Positions 27,322 through 40,484 of a stretch of 64,000 nucleotides of DNA are shown piece by piece. Position 1 is the stretch's first letter; each line of letters begins with the position of its first letter. Source of the stretch: Podarcis gaigeae (taxonomy: Eukaryota); the NCBI GenBank assembly GCA_964106915.2, contig OZ066924.1; one strand, 5' to 3'. A model generated the notes under the pieces. The model saw only the letters and a program-made list of their open reading frames with translations. It had not been told where the DNA came from and ran no database searches. The translations under genes were made by a program, and so were the position numbers.

Positions 27322-27453
27322 CAGAGATGGTGAATCTTTGGTTCCCTGGATGCTGTTGAAGATGGACGCAGCTCTCAGCTTGGTCATGCTAGCTGGGGTT
27401 GATGGGAATTGGGAGTCCAAGAACATCTGGAGGGCAGGAGGTTCTCCACCCCG
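27322..27453. mobile_element. Short hAT-type MITE, degenerate
   Basis: gatgggaattg..agtccaa..acatctggaggg core shared with 60253-60388. Confidence 0.6.
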
Positions 27454-28539
27454 ATATATACAGATAAATTGGGCAATGGCATTTGAATATGTATGGGACA
27501 ACTGATGGAACAGGAAAAAAAAGAAAGAAAGAAAAAAAAAAAAGAACAGATTGTGAGATCTTGAAATTCAGTGCTGCTCTAGCAGGAGTTTGGATATGAC
27601 AGGCATACATTTAAGTCCCTGCTTCATGAATGAAACGTAAAATTGTCCTAATCAGTTTTTTAGAACAGCACCAGCAGTGACACCAAAATCTAGAATAACT
27701 ATTCACTAACAGATATCCAGAGCAGATTATTCCATTCACAAATTTCATACCTTCAGCATTTCTCCAATGAAAAGAGGGATGTTCTATTCAGTTCATAATA
27801 ATAAATTTTTATTTTTATTTAATTTTAAATTGTTATTGTTATGATTATTTTCTTATTTATACTGGGTTGCCTCAGCTACTCTGGGCAGCTTCCAACATAT
27901 ATAGAAACATAATTAAACATTAAAGAACTTCCCTATACAGGGCTGCTTTCAGATGTCTTCGAAAGGTTGTATAGTTACTTATCTCCTTGGCTCTGGGGTT
28001 TCATAACTCCATACCCTCCAGCATTTCTCTGATGAAAATAGGGATGTTCTAAGGAAAAGCGGGACATTATGGGTTCAAATCAAAAACAAGAATGGTTTCT
28101 GTAAACCTGGGGCTGTATCTGGAAAATAGGGACACTTGGAGGGCCTGAGGTCTGCTGACTGGGCAGCTACCTTCTGAATATGCTGGATGTTGTAGTCAAA
28201 TTAGCACAATTCATTGAAGTGCTCAAGGGAACTGTAAGGCAGGGGAGTGGGTCTGCATCCAGCCTGCAAGAGAAGCCCTTATCTCTCTATGGACAAACTT
28301 CAAAGGGAGTCGCTCTCAGTCCCCGCTAGCTGTTTGCCACTGAGAATGGCTCCATTGGCTGCACTAATGAGGAACTCCCTGGTGAAGCCAATCCTAGTTA
28401 TGTCTTTATCTAACTGGCACCTGGTCCGGTGGTTTGCGGTGGGGAAAACATCACAGGCCTATTAGGGCTGTGGGCTAGAGGTACTGCAAGGCTTCCTTTG
28501 ATTCAAGAACCAATTTAATGTCAATAGTCACAGCTTGCT

Positions 28540-28940
28540 TGGTCCTCTTAAGAAAAACCATTTAGGGCCTGATTATTTGAGAAACTGCCTTTCTCAACCT
28601 GTCTGGTTACTGAGATCAGCTGATGAGGTGATTGGTGGAATGGTATCTATACAATGGAATGTACTCTCTATAGAAGTGTGGCATGCCCAACAGTTTGCAG
28701 TTTCCGGCACATGTTTAAAACATCTTTCTTTAAACAAGCCTTTGTAGAATGACAACATGGCCTGGTATTTGAATTTGATTTTGTTGTCTGTACAGATTTG
28801 ACTTTTATTTTTATCGGTTTATTGATGGTATTTTCATTTTTATTTTACTTCCCCCTTTTTTAGCACATGTTCTGCACCACTTCGAAACATTTGCATCGGT
28901 GACCTATATAATTTCTATAACTGAAATAAATAAATAAATA
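28540..28940 (+). mobile_element. Old L2 LINE 3' end
   Basis: GPDYLRNCL..LRSA..WNVLS peptide and (AAAT)n tail. Confidence 0.65.
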
Positions 28941-28984
28941 CAAAGGGTTGCCAAAGGCAAGGACACGCTTCTTGTTATTTCCAG

Positions 28985-29143
28985 GTTGTTTTGCTGATGA
29001 AGAGCTCGATTTCAGCATCATAGTTTCCCTTACCAAAGTGTTAGTAGCTTATTTCCTTGAACTTCACAGTCTAACTATTGCTATATGGTACTCAAGGGAG
29101 CAAATCTCACTGCGACATAAGGTCAATGAGGCACAAGAGTATC
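28985..29143 (+). other. Candidate 159-nt phase 1-1 exon (gene unknown)
   Basis: Acceptor cttcttgttatttccag|, donor atc|gtaagt, one frame open throughout (GCFADEELDF...AQEY); peptide not recognised. Confidence 0.25.
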
Positions 29144-30251
29144 GTAAGTAGCAATGAGCAAGTATCCGAAGGCTTGAAGCTGATTCAGATGTGGATGAAC
29201 ATTCAAGGTTATAGGTATCTATCAAACTGGGCTAGGGGGAAAAACCTCTGAGGGGAAAAACAAAGTTGTTGATTTTATTATATTCTATTTTCAGCAGTGC
29301 TGGAAATATGGTGAAAATCAGGTTTACTTGAAAGAGTGCATTTCTATTACTTCCTGAAACTACCCAGGAGCCCAGAAGTATTAAAAAGGAAAAAGGAAAT
29401 CTGTTGTCTGGAATTTCCCAAAGCATTGCAATTTTTGTTCTGTGAACTGCCCTGAGACTTCTGGGTATTGGGCAGTATTTTATAAATTCAATAAATAATC
29501 ATAATTTGGGGCCTGAAAAAAAATACTAGCCAATCATTTGCTCTTGGACATTATTGAATCTGAAAAGAGAGCAGGCAGCACTGACTATGGTGGTCCAGTT
29601 CTTCATTGCTTGTTGTTGTTGGTGATCTTCCTTAGTGATTTCCACATTGCCAATACTAGGAGGTGAAACTAATGAACAGTTAGGCAGAATACTCATCAAG
29701 CTGTCCAGGGAATGACACAGCACCTAGTGACCAGCACCTGTCCCAGTGAAAGCACTTGTTGCTTTTGTTGGGATCTGCATTCGACCGAGCTGATAAAGCT
29801 CCATTTTCCTCTGGAATCGCCCCCGACATGAGTGACGACCTGAGCCTCTGATAAGGCTGCAGGCACATCCCATTCAGCAGAGAATCCAAAACAGCATGCA
29901 GAAGTGATGAGATTTATGGCTACATGCTATGCTTTATTACTAAGCTATGTAGAGAGCAAAGAAAAATCCATCCTCTCCCTGTGAGAGCAGAGAGCAACTG
30001 TACAACAAAGGAACAAAGGAACAGGAAACCACTAATGTCACATCCGTCTCCCATTCCCATGAGACTTCCAACAGCCTGGACTATCTCTGGAATGTAAACA
30101 GAGCCTTGTGACTCTAAGCTGCTGCACAGTGGCAAACAAAAACTAACAGCTTTCACCTGTTGCAGCAAGATCTGTTTCTGTGACATCTACCTTGTTGGTG
30201 GTCCATTTACCTTCCTTTTCCTCCAGTCTCCTTTGAAGTACATCTGGGCAG

Positions 30252-30960
30252 AAACCAAGGCCTTTCTCCTGGGCATGGTCGGCCAACTGGTGCCAAAGAA
30301 GGACAGAACTTTCTTTATGTATGCTGCAACAGCAGCAAGAATACGTATTGCAAAGCATTGGAAGACACAAGATCTACCCACCCTGGAAGAATGGCAGATG
30401 AAGGTGATGGACTATATGGAACTGGCGGAAATGACTGGCAGAATCCGAGACCAGGGAGAAGAGTCGGTGGAAGAAGATTGGAAGAAATTTAAAGACTATT
30501 TACAGATGTATTGTAAGATTAATGAATGTTAGAATGACGTTGGAATGAATTTATGTGATTTTAGCAGAAATGTAACAAAGATTTAAGAAAAATAGACTGT
30601 TAATTGCTGAAAGGAGGGAAAGTAAACTTATATTAATACCAAGATAAATTTTCAGGACAAAAATTTGAAAAGAGGGAAAGGATTTGCTGAAATGGATAAT
30701 TGACTTAGAATACAAAAAAGGGAGGTGTGAGGAGGTCAGGGAAATAAGCCAATGAAAGGAAAGTAATGGAAAGATTTGTTGTATCTTTTTTTCTTTTTTG
30801 ATTCTTCTATTTCCTTAATGGATTTCAATTCTTTGTTTTTTCCTTTTGATTTTTCTGTTTTTCTTTTCTGTATTTTATCTTTTCTTGTTTAAAAGGATGT
30901 TTTTCTTGATTTTCCTTTTTGTATTTTTAAAAACTTTAATAAATATCTTATATAAAAAAA
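30252..30960 (+). mobile_element. L1 LINE, 5'-truncated (ORF2 C-terminus + 3' UTR + poly(A))
   Basis: AARIRIAKHWK..PTLEEWQMK..EEDWKKF peptide ending at 30532; aataaa and A tail; 18-bp TSD tgaagtacatctgggcag at 30234-30251 and 30961-30978. Confidence 0.92.
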
Positions 30961-33697
30961 TGAAGTACATCTGGGCAGTTGATGGCTATATAAAGCAAGG
31001 GAAATGGGTCGTTGATGCACAGAAACAGGAATTACTATTTCTTCATAAGCCAAAGCAACAGCCATTGTGTGTAAGTCAGAAAATTGGCAATCGTAAACTG
31101 GGAGAAAGGGGGGAAATAATCACTCTTCCACTTAACGTCTCTAAAACAAACTCTGTCTCTACACCAGCTGCTATATTCAGCAGCGGATGACATGGTGGGA
31201 GTCACTACTCACCTGACTTCTGGCCAATCACGCCACTGCTGCTTATGGGAAGTGGGAGGGGCAAGAGCTCTCAGTCATTCTCACTGGCAGAATGAATGAG
31301 AGCTCTTACCTGAGGGTAAGAGGCCAAACCTACACAAGGGCCAAATGCAGTAAAAAGAAGAGTTAAAATACTTTTAAAGGAAAAGTTGGGATTCGCAGTA
31401 CAAGATTGTCAGCTCAGCACAGAGACATAAAAATTTCATGGCATTCCGTTGCCTAATTCAATGAAGTGCAACATTATATGTAGTTGTCACTTTTAGTATT
31501 TAAAATGTTTTAGTGCCCCCTGAGCAATCTTATTTGATTAATAAGAAGCCGAATGAGCAACCCACCTCTTTTAAGTGTATTTCCTTCCATGAGGCCTCTG
31601 ATCTATTCTATTGATTAACTTTCGGTTAGTTTCACTCTAATGTCTACAAATAGTGTCCAATGTTCTCCAAAGTCTATACTGTGACTTACGTTATACAGAA
31701 CTCCCCTGGATTAATTCTGGATTTATCGTTGCCAGTTGTGCAGTTTGAGAAATATATTTTAAAAGCATTCAATATCAGTCATTCCACATTGTATTTAGAT
31801 TGGTCAAGCCATACGTCTTTTTTTTTTTTTTTAATCCTCCAAGTTGAGACATCCTGCTTTTTGGTGGAGTCTAGCAATAGTGACATCAACTGAATTGGCA
31901 TTTGTGACTATTTTATGTTCTCCCTTACAAGTGGTATAAAACTAAATGTAATTTACTGAAAACAATTTGCAGAGCTAGAGGCTTCAGACTCATTGGGATG
32001 AAGATATTGAAAGACCAGTTCGTTCCTGATATATCAACAACGGGTATCACTAATAGGTGCCATAACTTCTGTTTATGAGTCTGTAGGGCATTTTTCTTTT
32101 CAATAAGTATTTTCCATGAAGATTTGTGATGAGGAAATTACCTCAGGCCTACAACACATATGCATATGCTGTACCAACTCTTTGGCTTATGCACTGAAAG
32201 GATGTGTATCCTAGGTGTATTCTAGATGCACTCTCGATGTATTCTCAATTTGCCAGCAAATTTGTAGGGATTTCTTTAAAAAAAAAATAAGGCTGAACAT
32301 AATATCTCTATTATTTATTTATTTCAGTTTAGTCATCATCTCATTGCGAAAAGAGTCTTGAAATGACTTACAATAATAAAAATACACAAGAATACAACTG
32401 ACTACATTCTTTAAAAGCAATTCAGCAGATATAATGGCCACCCAAAATAATCAGTTGTAGACAACCCCCCCCAACCCTTCACCACTCCACACCTGGATGA
32501 ATACTTTTCTATTCTTTCCAAGTCCTGAATAAAATCATACAAAGCTTTTCTAAAATCCAGGACACTTTCAATGAACCCACTGAGCAGTAACCATACCACA
32601 TTCACATAAGGACCATTAAAAAAAATGACAAGTAGAAACAAAAGTTTTCATGAGCAAAAGACATAAGTGTGGCAATAACTGTTTGCTTAGCCTCAAGACT
32701 ACAAAATGCATGATTCACTGCCATAACAAGCTATATGCTCAAAAGCAACTGGGACTTCAATTATAGGGAGATCTGGCTGAAAGCCTCTGCTATAAAGACT
32801 GTATAATACAGATTATGTAGGAAGTTAAATTATCTTGTGTTTGTAGGAAACTAATTATCTTTTGTAAGTTGCTTTGGGACAACTTTGCCTTGAAGGCTGG
32901 CATGTAAGGGCTAAGCACGAATGAATGAAATATGTAACTGACAATATTGGAGAGAAATGCAATTCAGGAATTAAAAAAATAGAATTCTACCAGCAGGACT
33001 TCTACATAACTAGTGTTCATCCACATACTGGCAAATTGTGTCAGATCCGGTACTCAGATCCTTTCAATGGGCTAACTTCCAGTGGTACTTCTTTTCACAT
33101 GTACTCACAAAGTCTGTTTCCAATCTTTAGGGCATTTGAAAGAGAGCAATTAAAATCCAATGATTATCATTTTTATGGCTATTCCAAATGTGAACATATG
33201 ATGGATCAGTGAAAAATCCCCCTAGGAATTAAAATATAGAGCTACTTAATGTTCAGGGAGGGATTCATTTTTGATCCCTCACAAAGTGTACACATTCCAG
33301 GGTACTTGAACTGGCCCATAAAGAAGTGGTTGCAAGTAACTACTTCATGTTTTTTTAACTTTTTTGGATGCAAGAGCCCTAGTGTGAACTTATACTCTAA
33401 AGAGGATTTTTGGGGGATTCATATAAAATGTTTCTGTTTGGCTGTTCTAGTCATTTGAGTTAAGCCAGTAAAAGTGCTAGCATAATGGGTTCTAATAATA
33501 TATTGTTATACATCATGCATCTGTGGGATAGTCTGTAATGTCCTATAATTCATGAGGGTTACAGGGTGGTTTTTGGAATTTGGTGTTGTTGTTGTTGAGG
33601 AATGAGTCTGGATTATATCTGTAAGCTCTTTCCAGGCCTGTAATTCTGTGTCAAGGAGCTTCAGAATCTAGTAGAAGAGGACATTAAACTGGTCTGA

Positions 33698-34182
33698 TGT
33701 CAGGTGCTGGGCAGAGGAGGAGGAGTGGTGGAGACCGCCTCCCCATTCTGACCCTTCCATGTAGGAGGAAGAGGAAGACAGTTTAGATTTACAACAGGGG
33801 TTTGCAGGAGGTCACAGCTCAGAAGCAGATGAGGGGGAAAGTGGGGATATCATTGGAGAGCTAGAGCAACAGCTGCCTGACACAGTGTCTTTAGAAAACA
33901 ATCCAGACCCACCATCTCCCAGAACCTGGTAGGCCTTAAAAGTAGGAGAGCAAAGAGCTCAAAGACAGAGGGCACGTAGCAGCACCCATTGAGGAGATGA
34001 TGACGAATGAGGAGGTGGGAGAGAAGGGGGGTGGGGATTCACTTGGGATGGTGCCATTATCCAAGAGGTTGAGTTCTATAGCCTTCTATAGAGTTTGAAA
34101 TTAAAAAAGTCTGTAAGAAACTTTTCCTTGTCTTCGTAATTTCCTGGGCAACCAGGCGGGAGCCGCTGACAGCACCCTGACA
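33698..34182 (+). mobile_element. Solo LTR (Gypsy-like)
   Basis: tgtcagg...cctgaca termini, 5-bp TSD tctga, attaaa near the 3' end. Confidence 0.78.
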
Positions 34183-34262
34183 TCTGACCACTTTCTTTGT
34201 GTGACAGTGGGCCTTAACTGGCCATTTCAGTACCACCATTTACATACCCAAAGAGTTTGCCC

Positions 34263-34674
34263 TGTTGCCATAGAGACAAAGTTGGGGGATGGGTAACCCT
34301 CCTTCTCCTCCTCACCTAGTTGGAAGTTCCACCATGTTGTAAGATGGAAGAATAATAGCCAGGGTTTGTATGTGAGTTTTTGGTGGGGTGGAAGCTGGAA
34401 GGAGAGACATAACTCTTTCTGGGTGCTTTACTCCAAAATGATGGCTTGCGGGCAGAAGGCTTTCCTCAAAAGTTAGGGGAATCTTGGGGAATCAAGATTT
34501 GTTGGCGCTTTAATGCTGTGAGCTCCTCTATCCTATGCTCAGGCAAATAAAACCATGTATTCTAAAGGCACTAAAGTTTCCAGGGACCTTCATTCCAAGG
34601 AAACCAAACCCTGGCCAAGCACAGAAACCCCCAAAGTTTCTCACTGCTTGGAGATTTGGGTACGCACAGCAATA
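34263..34674 (+). mobile_element. LTR fragment, family of 17068-17588
   Basis: aataaaaccatgtattctaaagg...cattccaaggaaaccaaaccctgg block matches the 3' part of the 17-kb and 43-kb LTRs; ends approximate. Confidence 0.55.
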
Positions 34675-36550
34675 CACATGGATGTTGTGTATTTCTTTTT
34701 TAATATCTAAAAACTGGTTTCTTAGGTGTAACCGTTATGTCTGAAGGCTGCAAATATTTTGAAAAATCAGTATTTGTATAAAAGAGTATAAAACTGATGG
34801 TTGATTGATTTTCCATAATGCAAAATGCCGTGCACTGCAGTAAAGCTAAAAATGAAAGCAAAAGTCTAGAAGTGCATCTCATAAGACTTATAGCACAACC
34901 CTTTGAATGCTTATTCAGAAGGAAATCTCATGATGTTCAGTGGGGCTTACTCGCAGGTAAGAGGGCCATGGCTCTAACCTTTGCATTTAGCCACTGTAGC
35001 TTTGAAAAGTTTGCCATCTGAAGAATATGTTGTAAATCCAGTTCTCCAAGGATCAGCAGGAATTCAAATTAACAAGACTTTGACCAATGCAGGACTTTGG
35101 TGCCCTGTGGTTATTATATGAGGTACTCATGGAACATTCAGGATAGCACACTTTTATACTACTATAATAAGCATTTTGGTTTCTCCAAGTACATAACGAT
35201 CATCTCTTTGCTTTATAAAGAAGGATTTAAAGGTCATCGGTTCATTGTCCTTGAGAGCCTGAAAGCTTTTCAGAGTAATGTTTCTTCAATGGAGTGATTG
35301 TGCAGAATAGCCTAGGTTGAAATGAAACACTTAGGTTCGTTCTCTTCCCGAGCTCCGCAATCTAAACATTTATTTCTCCGTGAAACTTAATGCCCAAACC
35401 TAAATTAATGGTATCAGGGGGGTTTGCTAATTATGTATATAGGTCAGAGCTCATACAAGCAGGAGGTCAATTTGAAAACGTAGGTGTTTTGTTTTCTTTC
35501 CTGTAAGCATTTCATGTAGATTTGTGGCCTTCAAATTAAAGGGAACCTCTTTATTGGCATAGGACTAGGGTTCAAGCTGGGAGCATCCATATATTAAAAA
35601 CATGCTATTGAATGAAACAACACAGCAGTGGCCTCCAGGATGCCCTACCTCCCCCCCCCCCAAAAAAAGTGGCTTGTAACATTTGAAGGGTTTGACTTTG
35701 AAGCAAATGGTTGTATCCCCAAGAAAATGAAATACTACCCTATGTGGTTCCTGTAAAGGACTTGTCACCGTGGGAGGGAAGAATGTGAAATTGCCTTCTG
35801 AGTTCCTCTGTTGCAGTATTGGGGCATGCATAATGGTAGTACCTGGCATAACATGTCCCACACACTGACTCTAGAGTAATTGCATTTTACACAGCCTGCT
35901 GCTCACACAGCGCCTTTATAAGTGAACCATAAAGACTTGCCTTCTCCAACTTTATTAAAAGAATAAAACCAGCTGAATGATACTGCAGCGCTGACCCAAA
36001 ACACATGGCTAAACAATAAAACACAACAGTAAACCAGTTTGGAAATGTTTGATGCACTATACAGTCTAGAATACCTATAAAGTTTTAAGTGAATTGTGGG
36101 GAAAAAAAGGGTTTTGCTGCTGTTTCCCAAGTGTCCTCAGACTTAAAAATCTGACCCAAGGTTAGCTATAACTATGTTGTGACAGGCGCCACTGCAAAGT
36201 ATTTGAGTGCAATAAACTTAACGTGCTTCAGGTTTTGAATCTGAACAGAATATTTAATGCCCCGTTCCATAGTTATTTGAAACTAACTTACGTCAGAAAA
36301 ATCATGGTTAATATTAGGATATGTGATGAATATATATGTGTGTTTCATACCCAATGTAAACAATATATTTGCAAAATGTACTTTATGTCAGTGTAATGTA
36401 ATTCACAGCAAAACTGCACAATAACACATTATGCCACGGATATGCTCAGCATTATAGAATATTCAGCATCCTCGCTGTGCCATCCAGCAGAACTTATCTG
36501 GGTAGTCTGGGGCCTCTTGCAGTCTTGCCTGAAGGAGGTGGTAGTTCACT

Positions 36551-36757
36551 TAGGACTGCCATACACCCTGATTTTCCAGGACATGTCCTAGAATTTGCAT
36601 CCAAAAATGATGTCCTGGATTATTTTTCAGAAATCACGCAAATGTCCTGGAAAACCAACGGGGTGAAATTGTGCCGAAATGCCTAAAAAAGCTCTAAAAC
36701 TCAAAAATTATTGTAGCTGGTGTCATGGTTTTTACTTTTTGAAATATGGCAACCCTA
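36551..36757. mobile_element. hAT (Blackjack-like) MITE
   Basis: TIRs taggactgccata...tatggcaacccta; diverged 8-bp TSD agttcact/cgttcgct. Confidence 0.72.
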
Positions 36758-36765
36758 CGTTCGCT

Positions 36766-36930
36766 GTGACTTGTTTGCAAAGCATTTTGAGGACAAAATT
36801 GCTTGCACCCCCTGGGATCTTATAGCAGCTGATTCTGAAGGGGTGTCTGGCGCACTGTTTAGTCCTCTTATGTTGGATGAGTTTCAGTTAGTAAGGCTCA
36901 GGAATGTGGACAAGCTGCTGGATCGGTCGG
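36766..36930 (+). mobile_element. L2 ORF2 fragment
   Basis: DLFAKHFEDKIA...LDEFQLV..VDKLL peptide. Confidence 0.65.
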
Positions 36931-37235
36931 AGAACTTAATCACTTAATATAATGAAAATAAAAATGAGTTAAAATATAAAATTGGAATATATTATTATTA
37001 TTAATTAAGTAAAATACAATAAATATAATAAATATTTATATAAATATAATAATATTTATATATAAATACAAATATATTAAACATAATAAAGTAAAAATAT
37101 ATGCTTGGTACTAAAAAAATAGTATTCAGTAGACACTGGAAGCTGAATAGGATTGGGTCTGCCTGATCTCAATTGGAAGGTAGTTCCATAATATCAGGTC
37201 TATGATTGTGAACATATGGCTCCTGGTAGATACTA

Positions 37236-37488
37236 CAGTGGTAGCTTGGTTCTCAAACGGCTCCATTTTGGAAGATTTTGGCTCCTGAACACTGAAAACC
37301 CGGACATACCGTAAATGCTCTGGTTTCTGAACATTTTTTGGAAGCCAAATATCCGACGTGGCTTCCACTTGAGTGCAGGCAGCTCCTGCAGCCAATTGGA
37401 AGCGGCGCCTTGATTTCTGAACAGTTTTGGGAGTCGAACGGACTTCCAGAACAGATTACCGGTAAGTTCAAGAACGATGGTACCACTG
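37236..37488. mobile_element. Tc1/mariner MITE
   Basis: TIRs cagtggta...taccactg flanked by TA. Confidence 0.82.
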
Positions 37489-38259
37489 TAGTTGTGCATT
37501 TGAGCCACAGGGGACCACTAACCATTACTTCCTCCAAAGATCTCAGTGTTTGGACAGGGATGCAACGGATCAGGCAGTCCTTGAGCCTTCTGGGAACCAT
37601 GAATGTGAAGAGTGCTGCTGCAGGCAGGCCCTGCTTCTGGATGTCCCATAGATATCTGGTTGGCAACCATTAGAACAGGATGGGCTATTGATGTGAATCA
37701 GCAAGACTCTCCTTTGTCTTCCTTGTTCAAACACCAATTCATGGCAAAATCCCTCAATTCAGAAACCAAGCCTGTTTTTCTTTTTTAGCAAAATGGAAGC
37801 TTGGCATGCAGTAAACTGTGAACCTGGTATGCTTTAAATTGCTATCAAGTAGAACTGAAATAAATGGTGCATCTCAAAATTTATGAACCACATTCAAAGA
37901 TATTTCATTTATTTGGACTACTGGTGAAATTTAATACATACTGTGTTAAATTCATTAAATTATGCAGTCCCCCTGAGTATTCTTTTCGGTTTGCTGAAAT
38001 CTCTCACAAAGAAAGCCAGCAACAGAAAGCTAGCAAACCAGGTATTATAGCCACCTATTTGGACTTCATCTCCGATGTTCCTCACTATGGTCACCAAGTG
38101 AACAGCGTTAATTTTCTCTTGGCTATGTCCATGAAAACAGCCTTTTCCTCTCTGTGATGTCTCTATGGTCTTCCTGACCAAACCAACCACATTCTTTATA
38201 CCAAGTGGGGTGGTAAGGCAATTAGACATGGGTGATAGACAAGACCTAGCAATGAAGTA

Positions 38260-38519
38260 CCGTATTTTTTGCTCTATAAGACTCACTTTTTCCCTCCTAA
38301 AAAGTAAGGGGAAATGTGTGTGCGTCTTATGGAGTGAATGCAGGCTGCGCAGCTATCCCAGAAGCCAGAACAGCAAGAGGGATCGCTGCTTTCACTGCGC
38401 AGCGATCCCTCTTGCTGTTCCGGCTTCTGAGATTCAGATTTTTTTTTCTTCTTGTTTTCCTCCTCCAAAAACCAGGTGCGTCTTGTGGTCTGGTGCATCT
38501 TATAGAGCGAAAAATACGG
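38260..38519. mobile_element. Tc2/pogo-type MITE
   Basis: ccgtatttttt gctctataaga...tatagagcgaaaaatacgg TIRs, TA flanks, internal hairpin. Confidence 0.88.
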
Positions 38520-38688
38520 TAATTTATTTCACCTGTTCCTAGCTTCCAAACTTCTTGCTTCTTTTGTTTGCCGCACTCCTGGATTCTTTCTCTGATGTCT
38601 AGTTCTCTGGCTCTCTTATTGGTTTATATATGCCCACAAACACACAATTCCAATTCCTTCTTCCAACCTCTTAACCAATCAGAAAAAC

Positions 38689-39192
38689 TGTCAGGCTTTG
38701 GGGAATCAGCTTCCTCTCTCATGGCTATAAGAAGATCAAATGAAAGGAACGTCTTACCAGTTAGATTCTTTAATTATCACAGTGAGAGACAACAGAACAG
38801 AACATGTCTCCCTAGAAATGGTGGTGCTTCCAATTAAGGCACACCCCCCTCCATCCCTATTAATCTACGTCACTCCTACGTTTTGTAATCTGAATTTGTA
38901 CCCTCTGCGCTTCCTGTTCTGAGACTTTGAGCTCTTCTTGACCTTGGGGAGGGAGGTGGAGGAATGGTGTGCAGTGACTGTGAATCTGTTAACCCTCTCT
39001 CTTCCAGTGTTTCTTCTCCTAGCTGTTCCCCATCCAGTATTTCCCAGCTTCTGCCTTCTTAACTATGCCCCTCTGCAAACCACCGTTCTAAATCTATACT
39101 GTCCTCCTGCTCCTGGGAAGATTCAGGATCGGGGGAGGGAGTGGCTCCCACCATTCCTCCTCAGTGCAGTCCTCCTCAGCACATCCCTGACA
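38689..39192 (-). mobile_element. Solo LTR (Gypsy-like), family of 33698-34182
   Basis: tgtcagg...cctgaca termini, 5-bp TSD aaaac. Confidence 0.75.
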
Positions 39193-40029
39193 AAAACAAA
39201 ACAAAAAACCAGAAGGGCCTTATAGTGTTGCTAAGTTTCTAGCTCTCATACAAATTAGGCTTCTCTGCCAGCTAATGTTTCAGTTTTCTGGGTTGACTTG
39301 TTGAACCTTCTGAGACACTCTGAACCCCTGGGCAAGAACAGCTTCTAAATAACCCCATGTATAAACAGAAGGGCATGTTTTATAACAACAAGCAAATACA
39401 CAATGCCTGAACAATTTCATTCCTTCAGAGTCTCGGCCTTTATATATGCGACTGTTATTATGGGATCTTGAAATCTGTGCATTCCACCCAAGGGCATGTT
39501 TTGGTGTCTCTCTCTATGCAAATTTCTCCTTTCTTTTTAGAAAGTGACTTTCTCTTTTACGTGGGATTCTTCTTCTTTTCTCCATTCCACTGGAGACCAT
39601 TGTCACACAAAGCTCCATGGTCAGTTGGTCTATTTTAATATTTTGCCTCATTACACAAACTGATAAAAGTTGCCCAGCTCCCTTGCATGCCAGATGTACT
39701 AAATTTTTATTTTGTCCCATGTTCTTTCCAGTCACTGCTCAGCCATTCACTCTTCCTGTGTCAGTCCCATTCATCTGGTGCTGAAGGCTGTTTATGTTAT
39801 GACTTTCTGTACTAGAGGGTGAAACTGGTGAAGGTGATATCATGCAAAAATATTAGTGCAACCCAAAATATTTCATCAAGGCAAGCTGCTGGGGCTTCTG
39901 CTTCCCCCCAAATAGAAAGCTGAAAAAGGAATGCCCGAGAGTAGAATGGGAGAAATATGTAATATGTATTCCAGCTACTACTATTACTACTACTACTAGA
40001 ACAACCTGGTTTGGGAAGAGGTTAGATTG

Positions 40030-40484
40030 TTTTTTATAATAATATTTATTAAAGTTTCAAAAAAGTTACAAAAATAAGAAAGAAAAAATAAAAAAACAAA
40101 GAATACAAAATACAGAAAAATAAAAGCAATTAAAAACATTTCCCTGTTTCCATGTCTTATCTTTCATTTATTTATTTCCCTGACCTCCTCACACCTCCCT
40201 TTTTTGTATTCTAGTTCAATTAAATATTCCAGCAAATCCTTTCCAGCTTGGTTTTTATCCTAATAGTATATCCTAATGTAGTATAATTTTACATTCTCGT
40301 CTTTCAACAGTTAAAAAAACAATTTTTACCTAATCTTTTGTATCATTTCTGCTAATACCACATTACTTCATTCCAACATCTTTCTAACATTCCTGAATTT
40401 TACAATGTTTCTGTAGATAAACTTTAAATTTTCTCCAATCTTCTTCCACCAACTCTTCACCTTGGTCTCGGATTCTGCCAGTCA
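40030..40484 (-). mobile_element. L1 LINE 3' end, same family as 30252-30960
   Basis: Reverse complement matches the ORF2 end and 3' UTR of the 30-kb copy; 17-bp TSD gggaagaggttagattg at 40013-40029 and 40485-40501. Confidence 0.9.

Noticed and set aside
36940-37125. Extremely AT-rich tract
   Set aside because: Low-complexity decayed simple repeat with no structure beyond composition.
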